Source of the DNA: Patescibacteria group bacterium
Lineage (GTDB): Bacteria > Patescibacteriota > Minisyncoccia > UBA6257 > UBA11618
Length of the DNA: 58,468 nt
Reading direction: 5' to 3'
NCBI GenBank assembly: GCA_043822345.1
Contig: JBDRBW010000009.1
Span: 1-58,468, forward strand
The position numbers and the translations under genes were made by a program. Numbering within the stretch: the first letter of the stretch is position 1; each line of letters begins with the position of its first letter. Under the pieces are notes generated by a model, which worked only from the letters and a program-made list of their open reading frames with translations, was not told the origin of the DNA and searched no databases. This document shows, piece by piece, positions 36,507 to 44,664 of the stretch.

Positions 36507-38381
36507 GAGCAATTCCTTAAAAATAGAGGTGGGGATTTGGACTTGAGATTTTTCGGCGCGTTCTTGAAGTTTAGCTTTTCCTTTTTGTTGTTTTTTCCAA
36601 AGTTTCATCTTGCGGGTGCGGTCGCCGCCGTAAAGATAGCCGGTAACGTCTTTTTTAAACGCCGAGATGGTCTCGCGGGCAATAATCTTGCCACCCACCG
36701 CCGCCTGAATAGCTTGGACGAACTGCTGGCGCGGCAATAATTCTTTTAACTTTTCCACAGTTTGCCGCGCCTCTCTTTCCAGTTTTTCCTTGGGAACAAT
36801 TCTGGTCAGCCCCGGCACCAGATGGCCGGCGATTAAAATCTCCAACTTTTCCAGATTACTTTTTTCATAACCAATTAGCTTATAACTTAAAGAAGCATAG
36901 CCCTCGGACAAGGATTTTAATTTATCATCAAAATCGCTGATGAGGTCGGCTAGAGGCAGTTTGGCAGTCACTAAAACCAGCTTTTCACCAATATTTTCCG
37001 TCTCAAAACCGCTTAAACGAAACCATTTCTTCAAAGACATCACACCGCCCAAATACTGCGGCGGCGCTACAATCTCCAACTCCACAACCGGCTCCTCCGC
37101 TTCGTCATACTCCGCCGGAAAATCTTTCGGACTATTAATGGGTTTACGACACCCATTAATGGAAATTTGGTAGGTGACGGAGGGGAAGCTGTGAATGGTG
37201 GCGATTTTGAACTCTTTTTGCAAACGCTCGGCGGTAATTTCAAAATGCAATTGTCCCAAAAAACCGCACTTAAACCCTTTGCCCAACAGCTCGCTTTTAT
37301 CTTGCTCAAAAAATAGTGATGAATCGGTAAGCTTTAGTTTTTCTAAAGCATTTTTTAAATCGCTATACTCACTACTATCTTCAGGATAAAAAGAAACAAA
37401 CACCACCGGCTGGGACTCAGCATAGCCCGGCAATACCAGCTTATCAAAATTTGAAATTTGAAATTTAAAATTTGAAATTATCGTATCTCCTATTTTAACT
37501 GGGCCAATATCCTTAATGCCAGTAGCGATGTAGCCAATTTCACCGGCGTTTAATTCTTTGGAAGATTTTAATTGGGGATGAAAATAGCCAACTTCTTTTA
37601 TTTTGGCGCTAGTTTTAGTTGCTAAAAATTGTATTTGATTTCCATTATTAAACCCACCATTAAAAATCCGCACAAAAGCAATCACCCCTCTATGGTCATC
37701 ATAAAGAGAGTCGAAGATAAGGGCGCGAGACACTCCGTCAGATCCTTCACTATGTTCTGGATGACGTGGTGAAGGGACTTTCTTAATAACTTCTTCCAAC
37801 AACTCCTCCACTCCTTCGCCAGTTTTGCCGGAAATTTTTAAAATCTCCTCCGGTTCAACTTTTAGAAGATCGGCGAGGGATTGGACAACCTCCTCCAGAT
37901 CGGGTGGATTGAGATCTATTTTACTAACAGCGCCAATAATGGTCAGGCCGGCTTTTTTGGCGGCATTAAAATTAGCCAGGGTTTGCGCCTGAATTCCTTG
38001 AGTAACATCTACCAGTAAAATCGCTCCCTCAACCGCCGCCAACGCCCGTGAGACCTCGTAAGAGAAATCAGAATGGCCGGGGGTGTCTATTAGATTTAGA
38101 ATGTATAGGCCATTGTCATTCTGAGTTCCGGCTTTAGCCGTGAACGAAGAATCTTTTACAGATCCTTCACTGTGTTCAGGATGACTAAAAGTGTAGTTCA
38201 TCCGCACTGGCGCCATTTTAATGGTAATCCCCCGCTCGCGTTCCGATTCCAGCCGATCCAAATACTGCGGCTTCATCTGCCGCTTTTCTATCGTGCCGGT
38301 AATCTCCAGCATCCGATCAGCCAGAGTTGATTTACCGTGATCAACATGGCTGATAATAACAAAGTTTCTGATATTGTTCAT
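36498..38381 (-). CDS. lepA: translation elongation factor 4 (LepA) carrying two repeat-derived in-frame insertions
   Basis: MNNIRNFVIISHVDHGKST, DTPGH. The ORF opens at TTG 38393, but the ATG at 38381 matches the canonical N-terminus. Confidence 0.95.
   Translation of the reverse strand: MNNIRNFVIISHVDHGKSTLADRMLEITGTIEKRQMKPQYLDRLESERERGITIKMAPVRMNYTFSHPEHSEGSVKDSSFTAKAGTQNDNGLYILNLIDTPGHSDFSYEVSRALAAVEGAILLVDVTQGIQAQTLANFNAAKKAGLTIIGAVSKIDLNPPDLEEVVQSLADLLKVEPEEILKISGKTGEGVEELLEEVIKKVPSPRHPEHSEGSDGVSRALIFDSLYDDHRGVIAFVRIFNGGFNNGNQIQFLATKTSAKIKEVGYFHPQLKSSKELNAGEIGYIATGIKDIGPVKIGDTIISNFKFQISNFDKLVLPGYAESQPVVFVSFYPEDSSEYSDLKNALEKLKLTDSSLFFEQDKSELLGKGFKCGFLGQLHFEITAERLQKEFKIATIHSFPSVTYQISINGCRKPINSPKDFPAEYDEAEEPVVELEIVAPPQYLGGVMSLKKWFRLSGFETENIGEKLVLVTAKLPLADLISDFDDKLKSLSEGYASLSYKLIGYEKSNLEKLEILIAGHLVPGLTRIVPKEKLEREARQTVEKLKELLPRQQFVQAIQAAVGGKIIARETISAFKKDVTGYLYGGDRTRKMKLWKKQQKGKAKLQERAEKSQVQIPTSIFKELLKK
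37740..37765. repeat. family A half element inside lepA
   Basis: agatccttcactatgttctggatgac encodes RHPEHSEGS. Confidence 0.75.
38115..38185. repeat. family A full element inside lepA
   Basis: gtcattctgag...gaagaatctttt-aca-gatccttcactgtgttcaggatgac encodes HPEHSEGSVKDSSFTAKAGTQND. Confidence 0.8.
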
Positions 38382-38426
38382 AAATAGCAACAAAGCTCAA
38401 AGTATCATAACAAACCGCCAAGTGAC

Positions 38427-38456
38427 TTGCAAAAATATTTACGCATATGATAAAAT
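38427..38456 (+). promoter_or_regulatory. sigma70-like promoter
   Basis: TTGCAA, an 18-nt spacer, then TAAAAT. Confidence 0.5.
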
Positions 38457-38492
38457 ACCAATAGTAGTCCTTTAACAAGAAAGGGGGATGTC

Positions 38493-38600
38493 GTGAATGC
38501 CAAACGTAGTGGGTATATTTATCGCGGAGTTATTGTTTGGTTGTCTGCAGCTTTTTTAATAATTGGCATAATTGTCGCCGCAATTCTGAGTGCTCATTGA
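38493..38600 (+). CDS. hypothetical 35-aa membrane peptide
   Basis: GTG 5 nt after AAGGGGG: MNAKRSGYIYRGVIVWLSAAFLIIGIIVAAILSAH. A terminator follows. An alternative 20-aa frame starts at ATG 38497. Confidence 0.4.
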   Translation: MNAKRSGYIYRGVIVWLSAAFLIIGIIVAAILSAH

Positions 38601-38628
38601 AAACGGTCGCCTAAGGCGACCGTTTTTT
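38601..38628. terminator. AAACGG..CCGTTT hairpin plus T run
   Basis: aaacggtcgcc-taa-ggcgaccgtttttt, between convergent genes. Confidence 0.7.
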
Positions 38629-39154
38629 ATTCCAAAATCCCATCTAAATTAGTGTCGTAGAGAATTGCCTCGTTAATAAGACGATAATTTAATAGTTCTT
38701 CATCTTTAAACCAAAGCCCAATCTCTTTTTTGGCGTTTTTGGACTCATCAGAAGCATGAATAATATTACGCACTGCCCGACTATCCCGATCGGCCATTTG
38801 ATAAGAATCAATGGTAAAATCACCACGAATGGTGCCGACGTCTGAATTTAACGGCTCGGTTTTTCCCACTAGCTTGCGAACAATACCAACAGCATGGGCG
38901 CCCTGCCAAGCCATCGCCACCACCGGTCCGGAAGACATAAATTTTTTTAGATTTTCTAGTACTTCTTTACCGGTTCTGCCCAACCATTCCGGATCAACGG
39001 TATAATGTTTTTCAATAAAATCCGGCGTGGGAATAATCATCTTCATACCCACTAATTTAAGCCCGCTTCTTTCAAAGCGGCTAATAATTTCGCCGATTAA
39101 ACCGCGTTGGATGCCATCGGGTTTTATAAGCACTAATGTTTGTTCGTTTTGCAT
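38627..39154 (-). CDS. ndk: nucleoside diphosphate kinase
   Basis: LVLIKPDGIQRGLIGEIISRFE, GTIRGDF, NIIHASD. The ATG at 39154 is preferred; the ORF-track GTG at 39169 lies inside a repeat. Confidence 0.9.
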   Translation of the reverse strand: MQNEQTLVLIKPDGIQRGLIGEIISRFERSGLKLVGMKMIIPTPDFIEKHYTVDPEWLGRTGKEVLENLKKFMSSGPVVAMAWQGAHAVGIVRKLVGKTEPLNSDVGTIRGDFTIDSYQMADRDSRAVRNIIHASDESKNAKKEIGLWFKDEELLNYRLINEAILYDTNLDGILE

Positions 39155-39155
39155 A

Positions 39156-40568
39156 TTAAGATTCTTCACTTCGTTCAGAATGACGGATTGAAAGACCTAA
39201 TTCGTCTAATTGTTCTTTACTCGCTTCGCTGGGGGCATCCATCATTAAATCACGGGCGTCGCCAGTTTTAGGAAAGGCGATGACTTCGCGAATATTGGGC
39301 TCGTCATTAAGAATAGCAACTAGCCGGTCAATACCGGCGGCAATCCCGCCATGAGGCGGAGCGCCAAAACCCAACGCCGCCAGCATATGACCAAAATTAG
39401 ATTTTATTTGGTCGTTTTTAACGCCAATTATTTGCAACACTTTTTTGAGTACTTTGGGATTGTGGCTACGAATACTGCCACCGGCCACCTCCTGTCCATT
39501 AAGCACTAAGTCGTACTGGTTGGTGATAATCTTGCCAATATTTTTCTCCTCCATTAACCATTGCTCATGTTCTTTAAGAGGCGCGGAGAAAGGATTGTGG
39601 GTAAATGTCCATTTGTCTTCTTTTGTTTTTTCGAAAAATGGGAAATTGGTTACCCAAGCGAAAGCCAACTCATCTTTGTCGTCTTTATTTTTGCGCAAGT
39701 CCGGCGAGTCGGTTTTGTATTTTTTTATTACATCAGCGTACTTCAGGCGAGGAAACGGCTTTTTGGTAAGTTTTTTGTGGGGAAAAAGTTTTTCCACCAT
39801 TTCAATAAACAAGCCCTCAATAACACCCATTACATCTTCTTTCTCCACAAATGACATTTCTAAGTCCAATTGAGTAAATTCCGGCTGGCGGTCGCCGCGA
39901 GTGTCTTCATCGCGAAAGCAACGGGCTATTTGAAAATACTTCTCCAACCCCGCCACCATCAATAATTGCTTATATTGCTGAGGAGCTTGAGGCAAGGCGT
40001 AGAACTTGCCGGGGTAGATACGGGAAGGCACAAGAAAATCACGGGCGCCCTCAGGGGTGGATTTGGAAATAATTGGTGTTTCTATTTCTATAAACTCCTG
40101 ATCGCTTAAATAATCCCTGATGAGTTTATTAATGGCATGGCGGCTACGCATATTTTTTTGCATCCGAGGACGGCGTAAATCAAGATAACGATACCGCAAG
40201 CGGCTTTCCTCGCCAATTTCCCTGCCGTCGGTATCAACAGCAATAGGCGGCGTTTCTGCTTTGTTTAACACCTCCAGATTTTCTACCAACACCTCCCATT
40301 TACCTGATTTAAGTTCAGTATTGATTAAATCCTTGGGACGTTTGTTGACTTTGCCGGTAATTTTAACCACCCATTCGGACCGTAATTCATCGGCCTGGCT
40401 AAATAACACTTTTTCTTTAGCGGTAAAAACACACTGCGCCAATCCGCTTTTATCCCTCAAATCTATAAAAATTATCTTGCCGTGGTCACGCCGAGCGCCC
40501 ACCCAGCCCATCAATATAACTTTTTTGCCCTCTTGTTTGCCGATGTCGGCAGTAAGTGTTCTTTGCAT
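39156..40568 (-). CDS. aspS: aspartate--tRNA ligase, bacterial type without GAD insertion
   Basis: QSPQ-like QAPQQYKQLLMV, FRDEDTRGDRQPEFTQLD (motif 2), GGIAAGIDR (motif 3). 470 aa. Confidence 0.93.
   Translation of the reverse strand: MQRTLTADIGKQEGKKVILMGWVGARRDHGKIIFIDLRDKSGLAQCVFTAKEKVLFSQADELRSEWVVKITGKVNKRPKDLINTELKSGKWEVLVENLEVLNKAETPPIAVDTDGREIGEESRLRYRYLDLRRPRMQKNMRSRHAINKLIRDYLSDQEFIEIETPIISKSTPEGARDFLVPSRIYPGKFYALPQAPQQYKQLLMVAGLEKYFQIARCFRDEDTRGDRQPEFTQLDLEMSFVEKEDVMGVIEGLFIEMVEKLFPHKKLTKKPFPRLKYADVIKKYKTDSPDLRKNKDDKDELAFAWVTNFPFFEKTKEDKWTFTHNPFSAPLKEHEQWLMEEKNIGKIITNQYDLVLNGQEVAGGSIRSHNPKVLKKVLQIIGVKNDQIKSNFGHMLAALGFGAPPHGGIAAGIDRLVAILNDEPNIREVIAFPKTGDARDLMMDAPSEASKEQLDELGLSIRHSERSEES
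39158..39184. repeat. family A half element forming the aspS 3' end
   Basis: aagattcttcacttcgttcagaatgac encodes RHSERSEES plus the stop. Confidence 0.75.
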
Positions 40569-40587
40569 AATAAGTTGAGTTTACAAC

Positions 40588-40617
40588 GTCATCTCGAGCT
40601 TGTCGAGAGATCTCATC
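40588..40617. repeat. family B half element
   Basis: gtcatctcgagcttgtcgagagatctcatc. Confidence 0.6.
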
Positions 40618-40624
40618 GATTTAA

Positions 40625-40777
40625 CGAAGCGGCTCCGAAGTGGCCTTCAGAAACCGCGGTCCGATTTTTCCAGCGAAAATCGGCCGCTTGGCTCTCGGCG
40701 AGTTTCCTTCGGCAAGCTCAGGACCAAGCAAACTCGCCTCCGAGACATTTCTTCAGACCACATTCGGAGCCACTTCG
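40625..40777. repeat. hairpin element family C, copy 2
   Basis: Outer inverted repeat cgaagcggctccgaagtgg / ccacattcggagccacttcg. The inner conserved block is shared with 7656-7806. Confidence 0.7.
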
Positions 40778-40780
40778 TTC

Positions 40781-42088
40781 TTACTTCGTATTTTCCATAA
40801 TCCCGCCACCAAGCATCTCTTTCCCTTTGGTGTCATAAAACACCGCCGACTGGCCAATGGCGATGGCTTTTTGCGGTTTATCAAACTTAATAATGCAATT
40901 TACGACACGCCGTGTCGCAAATTGCAGAGTGGCTTTTTGAAGCAGTTGGCAGTAGCGGATACGGGCTAGCACGGAGATTTCAAACACGTCGTCATTCTGA
41001 GCCATAGGCGAAGAATCTTTGTTGGATCCTTCGGACTCCGTCTTCAGGATGACTGAAGAAAATAAATTTACTTCGGTTAATTTAATTTCAGATTTATAAA
41101 GAGCGGGGTGGTTGTCGCCTTCAGCGATGGTTATTGTATTTTTTTTAATATCTTTCGCGACAACATAAAACGGCTTTCTATTCGTCCCCGTAATTCTTAA
41201 TTCGTAATTCTTAATTCGTAAGTGCCGTTGCCCAATCGTATAAAACCACGCTCCATTATGTTCCCCCACTTTATTGTGAGCGATATCCAATATCGCTCCT
41301 TTTTTTTCGGGAATATATTGCTTGAGAAAATCCACCAGACCGACTTTGCCTAAAAAACAAATCCCCTGCGAGTCCTTTTTTTCGGCGGTTAATAAACCGT
41401 GTTTTTTAGCAATTTTCCTCACTTCCGCTTTGGTATAGTCCCCTATTGGAAACAAGCAGTGTTTTAGCTGATCTTGCGTTAATTTCCATAAAAAATAGGA
41501 TTGGTCTTTATTCTTATCCTTAGCAATTTGTAGCGACAAGTATTGATCACAAAAGCGAGCGGTTTCGGATGTGGACTTGTAGCCATCTCGAGCCTGTCGC
41601 CCGCCCGCCTCGCTATGCAAGGCATTGCGGGCAGGAGAGATCTCATCAACTTGGACGCACTGAGATCCTTCGACTTCGCCCTTCGGGCTTCGCTCAGGAT
41701 GACGGTAGAGTTTTACATAGTGCCCAGTCGCCACAAAATCAGCGCCCAACACCAGCGCCTTTTCCAAAAACAAACCGAATTTAATTTCAGAATTGCACAT
41801 CACGTCAGGATTGGGCGTAATTCCTTTTTTGTAGCCCGCCACCATATACTTGACCACCTTATCTTTATATTCCTGCTCTAAATCAAAAACATAAAAAGGA
41901 ATCTCTAGTTTTTCCGCCACACGGCGGGCGTCATCGGCATCTTTTGCGCCACAACCATCAACGTTGTAGCACTTGATATGACAACCAATAACCTCGTGGC
42001 CATCTTTTTTCAACAACAAAGCCGCCACCGAGCTATCCACTCCGCCACTCAACATTACAAATACCTTGTTAAATTTCAGATTTGACAT
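40781..42088 (-). CDS. mnmA: tRNA 2-thiouridine(34) synthase MnmA carrying two repeat-derived in-frame insertions
   Basis: PP-loop SGGVDSS, NKDQSYFL, KKDSQGICF. 435 aa. Confidence 0.93.
   Translation of the reverse strand: MSNLKFNKVFVMLSGGVDSSVAALLLKKDGHEVIGCHIKCYNVDGCGAKDADDARRVAEKLEIPFYVFDLEQEYKDKVVKYMVAGYKKGITPNPDVMCNSEIKFGLFLEKALVLGADFVATGHYVKLYRHPERSPKGEVEGSQCVQVDEISPARNALHSEAGGRQARDGYKSTSETARFCDQYLSLQIAKDKNKDQSYFLWKLTQDQLKHCLFPIGDYTKAEVRKIAKKHGLLTAEKKDSQGICFLGKVGLVDFLKQYIPEKKGAILDIAHNKVGEHNGAWFYTIGQRHLRIKNYELRITGTNRKPFYVVAKDIKKNTITIAEGDNHPALYKSEIKLTEVNLFSSVILKTESEGSNKDSSPMAQNDDVFEISVLARIRYCQLLQKATLQFATRRVVNCIIKFDKPQKAIAIGQSAVFYDTKGKEMLGGGIMENTK
40991..41053. repeat. family A full element inside mnmA
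   Basis: gtcattctgag...gaagaatcttt/ggatccttcg...cttcaggatgac encodes VILKTESEGSNKDSSPMAQND. Confidence 0.8.
41582..41703. repeat. composite B/A element inside mnmA
   Basis: gccatctcgag..[cgcccgcc...gcgggcagg]..gagagatctcatc...tgagatccttcg...gctcaggatgac. Open through 122 nt. Confidence 0.8.
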
Positions 42089-42149
42089 ATTTGTTTGCTT
42101 ATTATATAATAACGACAGTTCTTTGGCAACTTTTTTGGAGAAGATTGGA

Positions 42150-42449
42150 ATGTCAAAAATTGTTGATAATTTAATGATTTGCTATATACAACTAGCTGTT
42201 CAAAATGCAGATATTTTTCATCTAACACGCTATAAGTATTGGCAAGAATTAATTGAACAAACCCCAAATATACTATCTGGCATAGATAGCACCAAAAGAG
42301 AATTTTGCGAAACATCCAATATCTTCAATTATCTCTGGGACACCAATCCCTCATTCCGCGAACAATGTAATCTCGCTTCTATTGCTGTTGCCAGTGTACT
42401 TAAATCTGTACAAACAGAACGAATGCGGCAAGAAGGCCGCCTTGATTAA
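42150..42449 (+). CDS. hypothetical protein
   Basis: Starts MSKIVDNLM after GGAGAAG. The ORF opens at 42066. Confidence 0.5.
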   Translation: MSKIVDNLMICYIQLAVQNADIFHLTRYKYWQELIEQTPNILSGIDSTKREFCETSNIFNYLWDTNPSFREQCNLASIAVASVLKSVQTERMRQEGRLD

Positions 42450-42461
42450 GGCGGTTTTTTT
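42435..42461 (+). terminator. intrinsic terminator
   Basis: Stem ggccgcctt-gatt-aaggcgg plus a T run. Overlaps the stop. Confidence 0.6.
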
Positions 42462-42477
42462 ATATATCCTAAAATCT

Positions 42478-43047
42478 ATGTTAAGCTATACGGAACTAAA
42501 ACCGGGCGTGGTGATTATTATTGACGACCAGCCGCATGAAATCGTGGCGGCGAGTTTTTTGCGCATGCAACAGCGCAAAGCAGTTGTCCAAACAAAATTA
42601 AAAAATCTGATGACCGGAAAAATAACCGACCGCAATATGCGCGCCAGTGATAATTTTGAAGAAGCCGAGGTTGTCCGCGAATTGGTAAAATACCTTTACA
42701 GCCACCGCGGCGAGTTTTGGTTCTCTGCCGCCAATGATCCTAGCGGGCGCTTTTCATTGACCGAAGAGGTTATCGGTGGCGCCGGCCAGTTTTTAAAAAC
42801 CAACACCGAGGTTACCGCTATTAAATTTAATGGCAAAATTATTGGTATCCGCCTGCCGATTAAGGTGGATTTAAAAGTTACCGAAGCACCGCCCAGCGAT
42901 AAAGGCGATACCGCTAGCGGCGGTAAAAAAACCGTTACTCTGGAGACCGGCGCCAAAGTAAATGTTCCCCTTTTTATTGGCGAAGGCGATATCATCCGCA
43001 TCAACACCGAGACTGGAGAATATACAGAGAGAGTGGAGAAAAAATGA
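42478..43047 (+). CDS. efp: elongation factor P
   Basis: MLSYTELKPGVVIIIDDQPHEIV... has the EF-P pattern over 189 aa. The ORF opens upstream at 42382. Confidence 0.93.
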   Translation: MLSYTELKPGVVIIIDDQPHEIVAASFLRMQQRKAVVQTKLKNLMTGKITDRNMRASDNFEEAEVVRELVKYLYSHRGEFWFSAANDPSGRFSLTEEVIGGAGQFLKTNTEVTAIKFNGKIIGIRLPIKVDLKVTEAPPSDKGDTASGGKKTVTLETGAKVNVPLFIGEGDIIRINTETGEYTERVEKK

Positions 43048-44664
43048 TTATTTGTCTTTTTTGAGCGCGCCTTCAAGCGCACTACGGAGGGCGGCTATAT
43101 CAACGGATTGTTTTGGTGGTCTAGGAGTTTGAGGTCTAAGATTGGGTTTTTCAGGATGACGAGGGGGGGGCGTTGATAAGATTTCTCCACTACGGTCGAA
43201 ATGACTATGCGGTGGGCGGGGTGGAGACGGACGACGGAAAGATCCTTCACTTCGTCGAGTCAGACTCGACTGCGGTTCAGGATGACGCTGAGGATAATCA
43301 GAATGACGCGGAGTAAGAACCTCACGAAGAGGTTTTTCTTCGCGACGGGCGGCGCGATCGGTGGAAGTTTTTTCCGAGGTGGAAAGCCACTCTCGGGCGA
43401 TTTTTTCCTCCACCGTACTCTTGGGAATAGCATAACGACTGCGAGTGTTTTCTATAATGACATCAATAAAGTTTTCTGCCGATGGAGTGGGAGGCGCCAA
43501 GGTCTTGGCGGCAAAAGGACGAGAAGCCAAGCCATCAATCATTAACTTTATATAAATATGGTATTTTGCCAGATTAACTAGGTCGTTGATATCATACTCG
43601 GGATTAAACTCCTTTTCCACAAACTCGGCGTCTTTGGCGCCGATGCGAAAAATAGCCATCGTCCCCACGTTGCCAAAAATAGCCGAACGAACAGCGTAAG
43701 ATCCCTCATGATCCAACTGGTCTAAATACTGGTTGGCAAGAATGAGCGATAGCCGATATTTACGCGCCTCGGATAAAACATTCACAAAGGACTCGGTGGC
43801 GAAGTTCTGAAATTCATCAACGTATAAGTAAAAGTCACGGCGCTCCTCTTCGGGGACATTAACCCGCGACATCGCCGCTAATTGCAGTTTGGTAATAATC
43901 ATCGCTCCCAACAAAGCCGAATTATCCTCGCCAACTTTTCCCTTGGACAAATTAGCAATCAAAATCTTTCCCTCATCCATAATCTTGCGCATATCAATAG
44001 TAGAGTGCGCCTGCCCCAAGATGTTGCGAATGAGCGGATTGGAAATAAACTGGCCAACTTTATTTTGAATGGCGGCGGTCGCCTCGCTCTCAAAACGTTG
44101 ACTATACTTAGCAAACTCATCCACCCAAAAACTCTTAACCACCGGATCCTTTAAATTACTAACAATCTCTTTACGATACTCGGGATTATTAAGCATCCGC
44201 TGAATGCCCAGTAGAGTCGTCCCCGGATACTCCAACAATGCCAAAAGGGCGTTATTAAGAATATATTGCATGCGCGCCGACCAGGCGTCAGCCCAGATTT
44301 TTTTGAACACTCCCATCATACTGGAAGCCACCAAATGCCGAAAATCGGGACTCACCTCTTCTAATGGATTAAAAGAAATAGGAAATTCAGTATCGGAAGG
44401 GTCAATATAAATTACATCGTCCAGCCGCTCCTCGGGAATAAAGTTAAGAATGGTCTCGGCTGAACCGCCGTGAGGATCCAAAAACGCCACGCCATAACCG
44501 GCCTTAATATCATCAATAATCATATTCTCCAACAGAGTGCTTTTACCGACACCGGTTTTTCCTAAGACATAAACGTGGCGGCGACGGTCGTCATCCTTAA
44601 TACCAAAGCGGCGCGACTCGCCGCGGAAAACCGTCTCGCCTATAGTTGTGATGTGTTCCTTCAT
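43048..44664 (-). CDS. VirD4/TraD-like (DUF87-type) P-loop ATPase, soluble, with repeat-derived C-terminal tail
   Basis: Walker A GKTGVGKST, FLDPHG, Walker B LYVDEFQNF, LILANQYLDQL. No N-terminal TM. Confidence 0.75.
   Translation of the reverse strand: MKEHITTIGETVFRGESRRFGIKDDDRRRHVYVLGKTGVGKSTLLENMIIDDIKAGYGVAFLDPHGGSAETILNFIPEERLDDVIYIDPSDTEFPISFNPLEEVSPDFRHLVASSMMGVFKKIWADAWSARMQYILNNALLALLEYPGTTLLGIQRMLNNPEYRKEIVSNLKDPVVKSFWVDEFAKYSQRFESEATAAIQNKVGQFISNPLIRNILGQAHSTIDMRKIMDEGKILIANLSKGKVGEDNSALLGAMIITKLQLAAMSRVNVPEEERRDFYLYVDEFQNFATESFVNVLSEARKYRLSLILANQYLDQLDHEGSYAVRSAIFGNVGTMAIFRIGAKDAEFVEKEFNPEYDINDLVNLAKYHIYIKLMIDGLASRPFAAKTLAPPTPSAENFIDVIIENTRSRYAIPKSTVEEKIAREWLSTSEKTSTDRAARREEKPLREVLTPRHSDYPQRHPEPQSSLTRRSEGSFRRPSPPRPPHSHFDRSGEILSTPPPRHPEKPNLRPQTPRPPKQSVDIAALRSALEGALKKDK
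43150..43307. repeat. cluster of family A/B half elements inside the ATPase 3' end
   Basis: ttcaggatgac, agatttctccac..gtcgaaatgac, aagatccttcacttcgtcgag, ggttcaggatgac and tcagaatgac in tandem. Confidence 0.75.
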
